64,000 nucleotides of DNA from Candidatus Multivoradales bacterium (GCA_965223855.1 CBDCXM010000009.1:1088001-1152000), one strand, 5' to 3'; numbered from the stretch's first letter, positions 1 to 12,682 are shown. The notes: a model not told the origin generated them from the letters alone. Numbers and translations: made by a program.

Positions 1-922
1 CCGCATGTGGTTGTTGACGTACTGCTGGCCCTCGACCATGTAGAGGCCGTTGAGATGCGCCTCGCACCCTTCACCGTCGAGGGTGGCGTTGACGTCGTTG
101 CGGACGATCGCGCCGCCCCAGGAGAGGCAGTGGGAGGAGAAGTGGCCAGCGCGGCCGACCTTCACCTGCAGGGTGGAGAGGTGGAAGGCGTCCAGTCGAC
201 TCGCGCTGGAGCTTGTAGTGGTCGATGGTGGCGTTGTCGCCGGTGACCGCCTCGAGGAGGGGGCAGGTGAAGTAGCTGCCGCCATCTCCTACGGTCACGT
301 GCTGCTCGAAGACGGTCATCTCGGCCGACTCGCCGGCGACCATCAGCAGGCGCGGGAACATCGCCGCCGGCTCCGCTTCGGGGGTCGAGGCGACGATCAG
401 GTTGATCGGCTGCTCGAGCACCACCTTCGGCGGCACGTAGAGGAACACGCCGTCCCTGAAGAGTGCGGTGTTGAGCGCGACGAACGGGTGGCTCTCGATG
501 TCGGCGTAGCGGCCGAGGTGCTCGTCGACCAGCTCCGGGTGCTCTTCGATGGCGCTCGCGAGCGAGCCGACGATGACGCCCTCGGGCAGGTTGTCGAGGC
601 GCGAGAGCTCCGGCGCCAGGCGGCCGTTGACGACCACCAGCTGGGTGAAGTTGTCGTAGCTGTAGCGCTCGAGGTCGGCGGCGGTGACTTGCGCGGGAGT
701 TGCCGAAACGCTCTTGACCGACTGGGCGATCGGCGCCAGGTTGGTGTTGCGCCAGTTCTCGTCGCGGCGCGACGGGAAGCCGGTCTCGGTGAAGCGGTCG
801 ATCGCCTGCTGGCGGAGCGCCGCCAGCCGCTCGCCGCCGGGGAGCTCGCCCTTGGTGCCGGCGAACGCGGCGCCGTACATCTCTACCGGCGTCATTTCAG
901 AAGGTGGGTTTGCGACAGCCAT
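1..922 (-). CDS. sufD: Fe-S cluster assembly protein SufD (runs off the window edge; +1 frameshift near 197-200)
   Basis: Follows sufC. N-terminus GFPSRRDENWRNTNL and FVALNTALF are SufD-like. After HYKLQRES the SufD-like sequence continues in another frame (DAFHLSTLQV...GGAIVRNDVNATLDGEGCEAHLNGLY) to base 1. Confidence 0.93.
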
Positions 923-935
923 CGTCTCGGTGCCC

Positions 936-1733
936 TCAGGCGCCGACGGGCGCCGGCTCCATCTCGGGCTTGCCGGTGGCGCCGCCGTCGAAGGCGCCGT
1001 AGCCCTGCTCTTCGAGCTTGAGCGCCAGCTCCTTGCCGCCGGTCTCGACGATGCGGCCGTCGACCATCACGGAGACGACGTCGGGGACGATGTAGTCGAG
1101 CAGGCGCTGGTAGTGGGTGATGACGACGAAGCCGCGCTCGTCGTTGCGGAGCGTGTTGACGCCCTCGGCGACGATCTTGAGCGCATCGATGTCGAGGCCG
1201 GAGTCGGTCTCATCGAGCAGCGCCAGCACCGGGTCGAGCACCGCCATGTGGAACACCTCGTTGCGCTTCTTCTCACCGCCCGAGAAGCCCTCGTTGACGG
1301 GGCGCTGGAGCAGCTCCTCGTCCATCTTGACGAGCGCCATCTTCTCGCGCACGTAGGTGAGGAAGTCCATGGCGTCGATCTCTTCCTGGTCGCGGTGCTT
1401 GCGGATCGCGTTGAGCGCGGCCTTCAGGAAGTAGACGTTGGAGACGCCGGGGATCTCGACCGGGTACTGGAAGGCGAGGAAGATGCCCTCGCGCGCGCGC
1501 TCTTCGGGCTCGAGCTCGAGAAGGTCCTCACCCTTGTAGGTGATGGAGCCCTCGGTGATCTCGTACTCCTCGTGCCCGGCGAGCACCTGGGCGAGGGTCG
1601 ACTTGCCGGAGCCGTTGGGCCCCATGATGGCGTGCACCTGGCCGGGCTCGATGGTGAGGTCGAGGCCCTTCAGGATTTCGATGTCGCTGTCTTCCACCTT
1701 GACGTGGAGGTTCTTGATTTCGAGCAGACTCAT
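936..1733 (-). CDS. sufC: Fe-S cluster assembly ATPase SufC
   Basis: [11 protein letters not shown] start at 1733; Walker [46 protein letters not shown]. Confidence 0.97.
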   Translation of the reverse strand: MSLLEIKNLHVKVEDSDIEILKGLDLTIEPGQVHAIMGPNGSGKSTLAQVLAGHEEYEITEGSITYKGEDLLELEPEERAREGIFLAFQYPVEIPGVSNVYFLKAALNAIRKHRDQEEIDAMDFLTYVREKMALVKMDEELLQRPVNEGFSGGEKKRNEVFHMAVLDPVLALLDETDSGLDIDALKIVAEGVNTLRNDERGFVVITHYQRLLDYIVPDVVSVMVDGRIVETGGKELALKLEEQGYGAFDGGATGKPEMEPAPVGA

Positions 1734-1768
1734 GGTCGTAGTTTCCTTAGCGTCTCGGGGTGAAACGG

Positions 1769-3220
<1,452 letters not shown>

Positions 3221-3409
3221 GGTGCCTCCTCCTTGGAGTCGGATTCCGAGCCGCACCCGAGGGCGGGTGGCGGCGAGTGTTGCGGTTCAGGTGGTTGGGG
3301 GTGCCGGCTGTTGCGTCTCTGCCAATGCCGTTGTGCTGCGGGTCGCTCGATGTTGTTCGCGCTCAGTAGCGTGCCGGTTTCGCCGCTGCTGGCGACCCTC
3401 ATCGGAAAC

Positions 3410-3443
3410 GGGACCGTTTTGGTCCCTTTTCGGAATGGTAGCA
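3410..3443 (-). promoter_or_regulatory. Putative sufB promoter (extended -10 TGcTACCAT) followed by palindromic operator GGGACC-N5-GGTCCC
   Basis: Perfect 6-bp inverted repeat at 3410-3426; a similar promoter-operator block recurs upstream of the Rrf2 gene at 4849-4890. Confidence 0.65.
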
Positions 3444-3530
3444 GAGCGCCGCGGCTTGTCCAAGACGCCGCGAAGGCAGGTAGTGGGTCAGCTGACCCAC
3501 TACCCGAAGGTAGCGACAAGTGTCGGCCGA

Positions 3531-3570
3531 AAAAGGAAAACCCGCCGGCCGGAGCGTCTCCGGCGGCGGG
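3531..3570 (-). terminator. Rho-independent terminator after the 3595-4257 gene
   Basis: GC-rich hairpin CCCGCC..CCGGAG/CTCCGG..GGCGGG followed on the minus strand by TTTTCCTTTT. Confidence 0.75.
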
Positions 3571-3594
3571 CTCAGAGTCTCTCGTTCAGACGAC

Positions 3595-4257
3595 TCAGTC
3601 GGCGTCGAGCTCGAACTCGAGCAGCTCGACCGGGACGACCACGGTGCCGGTGGCGCGCAGCATCGCGTTGGCGTTCGACAGCACGGCGTAGTTGGCGCCG
3701 GCGCCGCCGCCGAAGCTCATCTGCATGCCGTGGAAGCCCTGCGCGTTGGTCGACGCGCTCCTCAGCCCCAGGACGCCGCGGCTCGGCTGGCCGCTGTTGA
3801 GGTACATCACCGCCATGAAGTCGTTGCCGACCGGCACGGGGGCGATGCTGATGCCGTCGAAGGTGCTGTTGGTCACCGTGCCGAGGGTAAAGCCGGCAAT
3901 GTAGGGCGCGCCTCCACCGCCGGTGGGCGGGCCCCACAGCGCCACGAGGCCGCCGCCGAGGGTGTTGTTCTGGAGGTAGAAGGAGACCGCGGAGACCGAG
4001 CCGGTGCTGAGCGGCGAACCGTTCCTGGTGTTGAAGCGGTTGCCGATCGACTGGCTGGGACCGCCGCCGCCGAGGGTGAAGTCGGCCGGGGTGCCGGGAT
4101 CGTAGGCGATCGTGCCGGTGCCTTGCGGCGTGGTCTTCTCCTCGCTGGGCTGCGGGTTGCGGTTCGGGTGGTGGCCCTGGGCGAGCGCGGCGTCGCACAG
4201 CACGAGCGCGAGTGCGACGACGAGCAGGGACAGGCAGACGTTCTTCGCGGCCTTCAT
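3595..4257 (-). CDS. Secreted hypothetical protein ending in a VPVELxxF motif
   Basis: Signal peptide MKAAKNVCLSLLVVALALVLCDAALA; RBS AGGAG; Gly/Ser/Thr-rich body; C-terminus VVVPVELLEFELDAD. Confidence 0.8.
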   Translation of the reverse strand: MKAAKNVCLSLLVVALALVLCDAALAQGHHPNRNPQPSEEKTTPQGTGTIAYDPGTPADFTLGGGGPSQSIGNRFNTRNGSPLSTGSVSAVSFYLQNNTLGGGLVALWGPPTGGGGAPYIAGFTLGTVTNSTFDGISIAPVPVGNDFMAVMYLNSGQPSRGVLGLRSASTNAQGFHGMQMSFGGGAGANYAVLSNANAMLRATGTVVVPVELLEFELDAD

Positions 4258-4321
4258 GGCGTTCTCCTGCGGTTCTTGCCCGGTAGCGGGCGCTTTCCGA
4301 CTGGGGGAAAGCGTGAGCGTA

Positions 4322-4795
4322 TCAGAGCTTTGCGCGGCCGGCGTCGCCGTGGCCACCGCTGCCGAGGGTCACGAGCGGGGGCGAGAAGCTCGCCGCCACG
4401 GTCATCTCCGCCAGGGTGATCCCTTCGAGGGCGCCGCGGATCGCGTCGTTGATCCGCTGCCAGTGGCCGCGGATGGCACACGACGGCTCCTGGCTGCATT
4501 CGCCGGGGGTGTCGTCGATGCACTCGGTGATGGCGATCGGGCCGTCGAGCGCCGAGATGATGTCGGCGACGTTGATCTCCTCCGCCGGGCGCGCCAGGCG
4601 GTAGCCTCCCTTGACCCCGCGCAGCGAGTCGAGCAGCCCCGCGCGGGCGAGCGCCTTGAGGATCTTGCTGACCGTCGGCGCCGGCAGCTGGGTGGCGGCG
4701 GCCGCCTCGGCGGCGGTCACCTGGCGTTCCGGCTCCTCGGCCATGCGGGCGAGGAGCACGATGCCGTAGTCGGCCTGCTTGGTCATGCGGATCAT
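4322..4795 (-). CDS. Rrf2-family SUF system transcriptional regulator
   Basis: MIRMTKQADYGIVLL, SLRGVKGGYRLAR and three cysteines (ECIDDTPGECSQEPSC); lies upstream of sufBCD. Confidence 0.93.
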   Translation of the reverse strand: MIRMTKQADYGIVLLARMAEEPERQVTAAEAAAATQLPAPTVSKILKALARAGLLDSLRGVKGGYRLARPAEEINVADIISALDGPIAITECIDDTPGECSQEPSCAIRGHWQRINDAIRGALEGITLAEMTVAASFSPPLVTLGSGGHGDAGRAKL

Positions 4796-4848
4796 CGGCG
4801 GGGCTCGGCGTCGGTGGATGAGGGGCGGCGGATCGGGAGACGCAGTGG

Positions 4849-4890
4849 AAAGAGGGTCGGTTTGGTCCTCTTTCGAACGGAAGGGTAGCA
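4849..4890 (-). promoter_or_regulatory. Putative Rrf2 gene promoter (TGcTACCCT) with palindromic operator AAAGAGG-N11-CCTCTTT
   Basis: 7-bp inverted repeat at 4849-4873 sharing a GGACCAAA core with the sufB site. Confidence 0.62.
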
Positions 4891-4944
4891 GAGCCGTCGG
4901 GAGACGGCGAGACGTTCGGATGCCCGCCTCGGGTGACCGCTCGG

Positions 4945-6909
<1,965 letters not shown>

Positions 6910-6936
6910 CGGGGGTCATTGTAGCTGCACGGGCGA

Positions 6937-6956
6937 GATTATGCTATTATGTAATC
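6937..6956 (+). promoter_or_regulatory. Toxin-antitoxin promoter/operator: extended -10 TGcTATTAT inside inverted repeat GATTA..TAATC
   Basis: AT-rich stretch GATTATGCTATTATGTAATC directly before the antitoxin ATG. Confidence 0.6.
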
Positions 6957-6959
6957 GTT

Positions 6960-7232
6960 ATGAGGGCCACTTTCTCCATCGATGAAGCGACGAGGAAAGC
7001 CTTGGAGCGGTTGTCCAGAAGTCGCGGCCAGTCCAAGAGCGCGATCGTGCGCGAGGCAGTTGTCGAGTACGAAGCGAGACGCGACCGACTCACCGAACGA
7101 GAGCGGCAAGAGCAGCTGTCGGCGCTCGCGACGTTCAAGCAGACGCCGATCCTGGGCGATCAGGCCCAGGTCGAAGCTGAGCTTGCCGAGATCAGAGCAT
7201 CCCGGCAGGCTGCTTCCAGGGACCGCGAGTAA
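6960..7232 (+). CDS. Ribbon-helix-helix (CopG-like) antitoxin, VapB-type
   Basis: MRATFSID..L..LSR..GQSKSAIVREAV RHH pattern; immediately upstream of a PIN gene. Confidence 0.85.
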   Translation: MRATFSIDEATRKALERLSRSRGQSKSAIVREAVVEYEARRDRLTERERQEQLSALATFKQTPILGDQAQVEAELAEIRASRQAASRDRE

Positions 7233-7241
7233 GAGGCTCAG

Positions 7242-7613
7242 ATGATCCTCGTCGACACATCAGCGTTGGTTCGCAGTCTCACCGGTCCACGGACGGAGCT
7301 TGGCGCTCTGGAGGCTCTGGTGGGCGAGGGTCGACGATTGGGGTTGCCGGCTCTGGTGCTCTATGAATGGCGTCGTGGCCCTCGAACCGCCGAAGAGCTT
7401 GCGGTTCAGGAGGCGCTCCTGCCGTCAGACCGGGCGATCGAGTTCGACTCGCGGGCAGCGCTGCTTGCAGCGGAGCTCTACCAGCAGCTCGATCGACCCC
7501 GTGATCGTGGCGTCGATATCGCGATTGCGGCTACCGCCCTTTCTCACGATGCCCGACTCTGGACTTTCAACCCTCGCGACTTTCGGGGAATCGAGGGTCT
7601 CGATCTGATCTGA
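7242..7613 (+). CDS. vapC: PIN-domain toxin (VapC family)
   Basis: ILVDTS, VLYE, DIAIAATAL, TFNPRDF acidic PIN residues. Confidence 0.9.
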   Translation: MILVDTSALVRSLTGPRTELGALEALVGEGRRLGLPALVLYEWRRGPRTAEELAVQEALLPSDRAIEFDSRAALLAAELYQQLDRPRDRGVDIAIAATALSHDARLWTFNPRDFRGIEGLDLI

Positions 7614-7641
7614 GACGTCGGTCAGACGAAACAGCCTTGCC

Positions 7642-10116
7642 TCATCGGCGAGCGACCGAGAGGAGACGTGCCGCTTCGACGGCGCGCGCGTCGCGCTCGC
7701 CGAGCGCCTCGGCGAGGCCGTCGGCTGCTTCGCTCAGGTCGGCGATCGCCTCTGTCGGGCGACCGGCCGCGATCAGGAGCTCGCCCAGTTTGGTCTGGGT
7801 GAGCCAGCGGTGGACGCGGGCGTCGGGGCCCAGTTCTTCGAGAACCCGGCGGTAGAGCGGCTCGGCCCGGTCGAGCTCGCCTGCCGCCAGGTACGAGTCG
7901 GCGAGGCCCTTGCGGGCGGTGGTGAACCTCAGGTTGGTGCCCGAGACCCGGCCCTCGAGGTCGAGCACCGATTCGAACGTGCGGACCGCGTCCGCGGGAC
8001 GGTCGAGGTCCCGGTAGAACATCCCGAGGTTGGTCTGCGCGACGACGACGTCGGGATGAAGCGGCCCGTGGAGCGACTCGAGGATCCGGTACGCCTCCTC
8101 GATCAGCGGCAGGCTCTCGGCGGTCTGGCCGGCAGCGTCGAGCACCAGGCCGAGGCCGTTGAGCGAGTCTGCGACCGGGGCCGAGCGGTCGCCGTGAATC
8201 TGACGGCGCATCTCGAGCGCGGTCTCGAGATCGGCGAGGGCGCCGGCGAACAGGCGCTCGTCCTCCTGCCCTCCGTTGAGATAGGCCTCGAACTGCCGGG
8301 ACCCGCGGTAGTGAAGGATGGTCGCCGTGTCGTCGTTGCCCTCGGGGACGAGCCGCTCGAGGGTCGTGAGGGCGGTCGCGAAGAGCTCCTCGGCACGTTG
8401 AAACCGCGGGTCGCTCGGCGGCGTGTGGCGGGTGAAGGCGAAGGCGAGGGTCCGTTGCGCGCGGGCGGACTCGACCGTCTCGCCGCCGGCGAGATCGACG
8501 AACCCCCGGTGCGCCGCCTCGAGCAGTCGCTCGGCCTCGTCCAGCAGTCCGCCGGAGCCGTAGACGGTGCCGGCGGCCAGGAGCGCCTCGAGGGCGCGCT
8601 CGCGCGGTGCGCCGCTCTCGGAGTGGAGGGCGGCGGCGGCTTCGTAGAGCTCGCCGGCTCGCTGGTGGACCTGGAGGTTGGCGAGCCCTTCGGCGATCAC
8701 CTCGAGAACCCGGGCGCGCTGGCCGAGGTCGGCGATCTCGCCGGCGCCGTCGACGCTGCCTTCGAGCAGTGCCCGAGCGGTCAGCTCGTCGGAGCGCGCC
8801 AGGTCGGGATCGCCGAGGCGCAGCACGTCCATCGCGAAGCCGGAGAGCGATTCGGCCGCTGCCTGGCGCTGCTCGGCGACCCGTGCCCAGCGAAGCGACA
8901 CCGCGGTTGCGGCCAGCAGAGCCAGCGCCGCGACGGTCGCGAAGGCGACCGGCCACCGATGGCGGCGGACGAACTTGCGCAACCGGTACGACGCCGACGG
9001 TGCGCGCGCGAGGATCGGCAGGCCGTGGAGGTAGAGCCGCAGGTCCTCGGCGAGTTCGCCCGCCCAGCCGTAGCGCTCGGCCGGATCGACGGCGAGCGCC
9101 TTGGCGACGATCCGCTCGAGGTCGCCGCGCAGCTCGCGCGAGGCGCTGCCGCGCCTACGGGCCGCGGCGGCGAGCGACGGCATCGTCCGTTCCGCGATCC
9201 GCGGGTCGTCGGGCGGCACGACGCCGCCGTCGATGTCGAACGCCGGTGCGCCGGCGAGGATGCGGAACAGCAGGGCGCCGAGGGAGAAGACGTCGGTCGG
9301 GGTGCCGACCGGGTCGCCGCGCAGCTGCTCCGGAGAGGCGTAGGCGAGGGTGTGGGGCGAGAGCATGCCGGTGGCGGTGAGCTGACCGCCGGTGTCGCCG
9401 ACGCCGATCAGCTTGGCGACGCCGAAGTCGAGCAGGTGCACCCGGCCGTCGCCGTCGACCAGCACGTTCGACGGTTTGAGGTCGCGGTGGATGACCAGCT
9501 TCTGGTGGGCGAACTGCACCGCCTCGCACACCTGGAGGAAGAGCTCGATCCGCGCTCGCAGGTCGAGCTCGCGACACGCCTCGTCGAGCGGTCGCCCGTC
9601 GACCAGTTCGAGCACAAGGTAGGGGACCTCGTCGTCGGTGAAGCCGCCGTCGAGCAGACGGGCGATGTTGGGGTGCTCGAGCTGGGCGAGGATGTGGCGT
9701 TCGGCGTCGAAGCGGCGGCGCGCCGAGTCGCTCGCCAGCTCCCAGCGCAGCACCTTGATCGCCACCTCGCGCTCGAAGCTGCCGTCGGCACGCCTCGCCC
9801 GGAACACCCGGCCCATCCCTCCCTGGTCGAGCGGTTCGACGATCTCGTAGGCGCCGAGCCGGTCACCGGGGCGGAGACCGCCGGCGCGGTCGAACCGGCG
9901 CCCGGCGGCTTCGGCGAGACGACCGACCGCTTCACCGACCGGCCGGTCGAGCGGGCCGTCCGGTCGTTCGGCGGCGGCGATCAGCGCCTCGACCTGCTCG
10001 CGCAGCGCGGCGTCGTCTCCGCACAGCTGTGCGAGCAGGCCGGGCCGATCCTCGACCGTGCTCTCGAGGACGGCATCGAGGATCGTCTCGATGCGTGTCC
10101 AGGATGCCCGGTCGAT
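7642..10116 (-). CDS. Membrane Ser/Thr protein kinase with C-terminal TPR region (start codon uncertain)
   Basis: GGMGRV, VAIK, HRDLKPSN, DFG, YASPE, DVFSLG; one transmembrane segment (WPVAFATVAALALLAATAV), then TPR-like helices (SLNGLG..., TNLG...). Confidence 0.92.
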   Translation of the reverse strand: MDRASWTRIETILDAVLESTVEDRPGLLAQLCGDDAALREQVEALIAAAERPDGPLDRPVGEAVGRLAEAAGRRFDRAGGLRPGDRLGAYEIVEPLDQGGMGRVFRARRADGSFEREVAIKVLRWELASDSARRRFDAERHILAQLEHPNIARLLDGGFTDDEVPYLVLELVDGRPLDEACRELDLRARIELFLQVCEAVQFAHQKLVIHRDLKPSNVLVDGDGRVHLLDFGVAKLIGVGDTGGQLTATGMLSPHTLAYASPEQLRGDPVGTPTDVFSLGALLFRILAGAPAFDIDGGVVPPDDPRIAERTMPSLAAAARRRGSASRELRGDLERIVAKALAVDPAERYGWAGELAEDLRLYLHGLPILARAPSASYRLRKFVRRHRWPVAFATVAALALLAATAVSLRWARVAEQRQAAAESLSGFAMDVLRLGDPDLARSDELTARALLEGSVDGAGEIADLGQRARVLEVIAEGLANLQVHQRAGELYEAAAALHSESGAPRERALEALLAAGTVYGSGGLLDEAERLLEAAHRGFVDLAGGETVESARAQRTLAFAFTRHTPPSDPRFQRAEELFATALTTLERLVPEGNDDTATILHYRGSRQFEAYLNGGQEDERLFAGALADLETALEMRRQIHGDRSAPVADSLNGLGLVLDAAGQTAESLPLIEEAYRILESLHGPLHPDVVVAQTNLGMFYRDLDRPADAVRTFESVLDLEGRVSGTNLRFTTARKGLADSYLAAGELDRAEPLYRRVLEELGPDARVHRWLTQTKLGELLIAAGRPTEAIADLSEAADGLAEALGERDARAVEAARLLSVARR

Positions 10117-10154
10117 GATCCCCTCCCCTTGCGGCTGCTCAGCCGGACGGCTCT

Positions 10155-11238
10155 TCAGCCGGCAAGGGACAACTCTACCCGACGGTTGGCGCGCCGCCCC
10201 TGCACGGTGGCGTTGTCGCCGATCGGCCGGTCGGCACCATGACCGCTCGGCACCAGCCGGTCGCCGGCGATGCCGTGGACCTGGGCGAGGTAGTCGCAAA
10301 CCGCCCGGGCCCGGGCCTCGCTGAGCTCGCGGTTGTAGGCGGCGTCACCGGTCGAGTCGGTGTGGCCGTCGACCGCCAGCACCCAGTCGGGCTCGCGGGC
10401 GAGGACGTCGGCGACCTCGGCGAGCACCGCGGTCGACTCGGGCAGCAGCTGGGCGCTCGAGGTCTCGAAGAGGATGCCGCGGGGCGATCACGCTCTCGCG
10501 GTTCGCGAGCGCGTCGTAGAGGTCGGAGCCGCCGGCGGCGATCGTCAGATCGGTGATGAGGAGCGGCTCCTCTTCGGTGGCGGCGCCGATGAAGTAGAGC
10601 CGGTCGCCCCGCTCGAGCAGCGCCCGTGGCAGGTTGCCGATGCGGTTCTCCTCGACGTAGAGCTTGGCGTACTCGCCGTCGACCTGGATGCGGATGCGGA
10701 CCGGGCCGCTGAAGAGGCGCTCGTCGGAGCCGGTCGAGCTCGGGCCGAGGCTGTCCTTGGTGCGGATGCCGGTGCCGAGGCGATGGGCGACCGACAGGTA
10801 GGAGGTCTTCAGGTAGTGCTCCCACGAGCCTGTGGTGCGGGGCTTTTCGGTGGTGATGCCGAGGCCGTAGCGAACCCGCTGGCGGCCGGCGCCCTCGACG
10901 AAGTCGAACTCGATGGTGAAGCGCTCGGGCAGCGGCGCCGGCAGCGGCACGGCGAAGGTGCTCTCGGGCGCCTCCATCGCCACCCAGCGGCGGCCGTTCC
11001 AGTCCACGACCTGCATCGCACCGTTCTCGAACTCGAGTCGTTGCGGGAAGTTGCCGACCCGGTCGGCAGTGAAGTCCTCGTAGAACAGCACCTCCTCGCC
11101 CGCCTGGTAGTCGAAGTTCGACCACATGGCGTCGGCCTGGAAGGTCGTGGGCGCGGTGGAGCCCTGCGCCGCGAGGACGGGGGCGACGAGGGCGGCAATG
11201 ACGATGGCGGCGAGCAGGTGGATGCGGGATGAAGTCAT
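10155..11238 (-). CDS. Secreted OmpA-family (peptidoglycan-binding) protein, +1 frameshift at 10481-10484
   Basis: Signal peptide MTSSRIHLLAAIVIAALVAPVLA. Removing one base from the C4 run joins ESVIA to RGILFETSSAQLLPES...GHTD...NRELSEARA...NRRVEL, an OmpA C-terminal domain. Confidence 0.88.
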
Positions 11239-11375
11239 GGTCTCCTCCGTGGTGAGTCGGGCCGCCGCTCGCGGTTGTCGCGCTCGGTGGCGCGGCGGCC
11301 TCGAGGCCTTCCGGAGCGGGCTACTGAGGTCTACGGAGGATCGGTACGCCGGCGGACATCGGTCGCCGCCCGCGC

Positions 11376-11957
11376 TCAGCCGTCGGTCGCGCTCTGGTCG
11401 AGATGGTGGTGGAGGAAGGCGCGCGCCTTGACCCAGTCGCGGCGGACGGTGCGCTCGGTGACGCCGAGGACGGCGCCGATCTCGGCCTCGGCGAGGCCGC
11501 CGAAGAAGCGGTACTCGACGACGCGTGCGAGGCGCGGGTTGCCGGCCTCTAGCTGCTCGAGTGCCTCGTGGAGCGCCAGCACGTCGATCGCTTCGCGCTC
11601 GATCGCGCCCTGCTCGTCGTCGAGAGTCACGGGCGCCTCGCCGCCGCCCCGCTTCGCCGCCGACTGGTGGCGCGCGACGTCGACCAGCAGGTGGCGCATC
11701 GCGGTCGCCGCGACGGCGAAGAAGTGGGCGCGGTTGTGCCACTGCGGCTCGTCCTGGCCGAGCAGCTTGAGATACGCCTCGTGCACCAGCTCGGTGGTCT
11801 GGAGATCGACGCCGCGGCCGCTGCGATAGCGCTGGCCGCGGGCGATGCGGCGCAGCTCGGCGTAGACGATCGGCAGCAGCTCGTCGAACGCCTCGCCGTC
11901 GCCGTCGCCGATGCGCTCGAGGTAGCGGGTGATGGCGGCGTGGTTGCTGGTGCTCAC
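11376..11957 (-). CDS. ECF sigma factor of the kinase-associated type (TIGR02999/ECF43-like)
   Basis: LLPIVYAELRRIA, LQTTELVHEAYLKL, HFFAVAATAMRHLLVD.AR, KRGG, ERTVRRDW.KARAFL; GTG start overlaps the SMUG1 stop. Confidence 0.93.
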   Translation of the reverse strand: MSTSNHAAITRYLERIGDGDGEAFDELLPIVYAELRRIARGQRYRSGRGVDLQTTELVHEAYLKLLGQDEPQWHNRAHFFAVAATAMRHLLVDVARHQSAAKRGGGEAPVTLDDEQGAIEREAIDVLALHEALEQLEAGNPRLARVVEYRFFGGLAEAEIGAVLGVTERTVRRDWVKARAFLHHHLDQSATDG

Positions 11958-12682
11958 GACGTCAGAGTGCCCAGATCGATGCCCAGTTCCGAGAAGTTGC
12001 GCGCCGCCTGCTCGGCCCAGCCGCGGTTGGCGGCGGGGGAGGCGGGGCTCGGATGGAGAATGCGGCCGATGCGGACGTCGAGGTCGGCGAGTGCGCGGCG
12101 CGCCTGGGCCTCGGCGAAGGCGCCGACGCCGATCACCCACTCGGGATCGAGCGCTTGCACCGCCGCCGCCAGGGCGGGGTCGCACGCCGCTTCGACCGCT
12201 CGCTTCTCGTCCGCCGGCAGCTTGTCGGGGGTGCGGTTGCGGCCGCTCTCCTCCATGAAGGCGAGCGGGCAGTAGTTGAGGACGAAGAGGCGCTCGAACA
12301 TCCGCTCCGGCGTGCCGAAGGTGTCGCGGAAGAACCCCCACAGCCGCCGGCCGCTGACCTCGCTGCGGGCGCAGTCGAAGCCTTCGATCGGTCGCTTCGG
12401 GTGCTCGTCGGCAGGCCGTCCGACCGGCGCCTCGACGCCCAGCCAGTCACGCACGAGCTCAACCTCGCCGAACGGCACGCCGGTCTGCGCCATCCCCCAG
12501 GGCCCGGGGTTCATGCCGAGTAGGACGATCTCCTTGCTGCCGCCGCCCCAGCGCTCCAGGTAGGCGCGGTGCGGCTCCCAGGCGTAGCCGAGCGGGTTGT
12601 AGACGTGGGTCACCGGCGGCGAGAACGACAGCCGATCGACCGCCTCCGCCAGCTCGCGATCGATGGCGACGAGCTCGCTCAC
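11954..12682 (-). CDS. SMUG1-type (family 3) uracil-DNA glycosylase
   Basis: VYNPLGYA, GMNPGPWGMAQTGVPFG, SEVSGRRLW, NYCPL, HPSPASP. Confidence 0.93.
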   Translation of the reverse strand: MSELVAIDRELAEAVDRLSFSPPVTHVYNPLGYAWEPHRAYLERWGGGSKEIVLLGMNPGPWGMAQTGVPFGEVELVRDWLGVEAPVGRPADEHPKRPIEGFDCARSEVSGRRLWGFFRDTFGTPERMFERLFVLNYCPLAFMEESGRNRTPDKLPADEKRAVEAACDPALAAAVQALDPEWVIGVGAFAEAQARRALADLDVRIGRILHPSPASPAANRGWAEQAARNFSELGIDLGTLTS

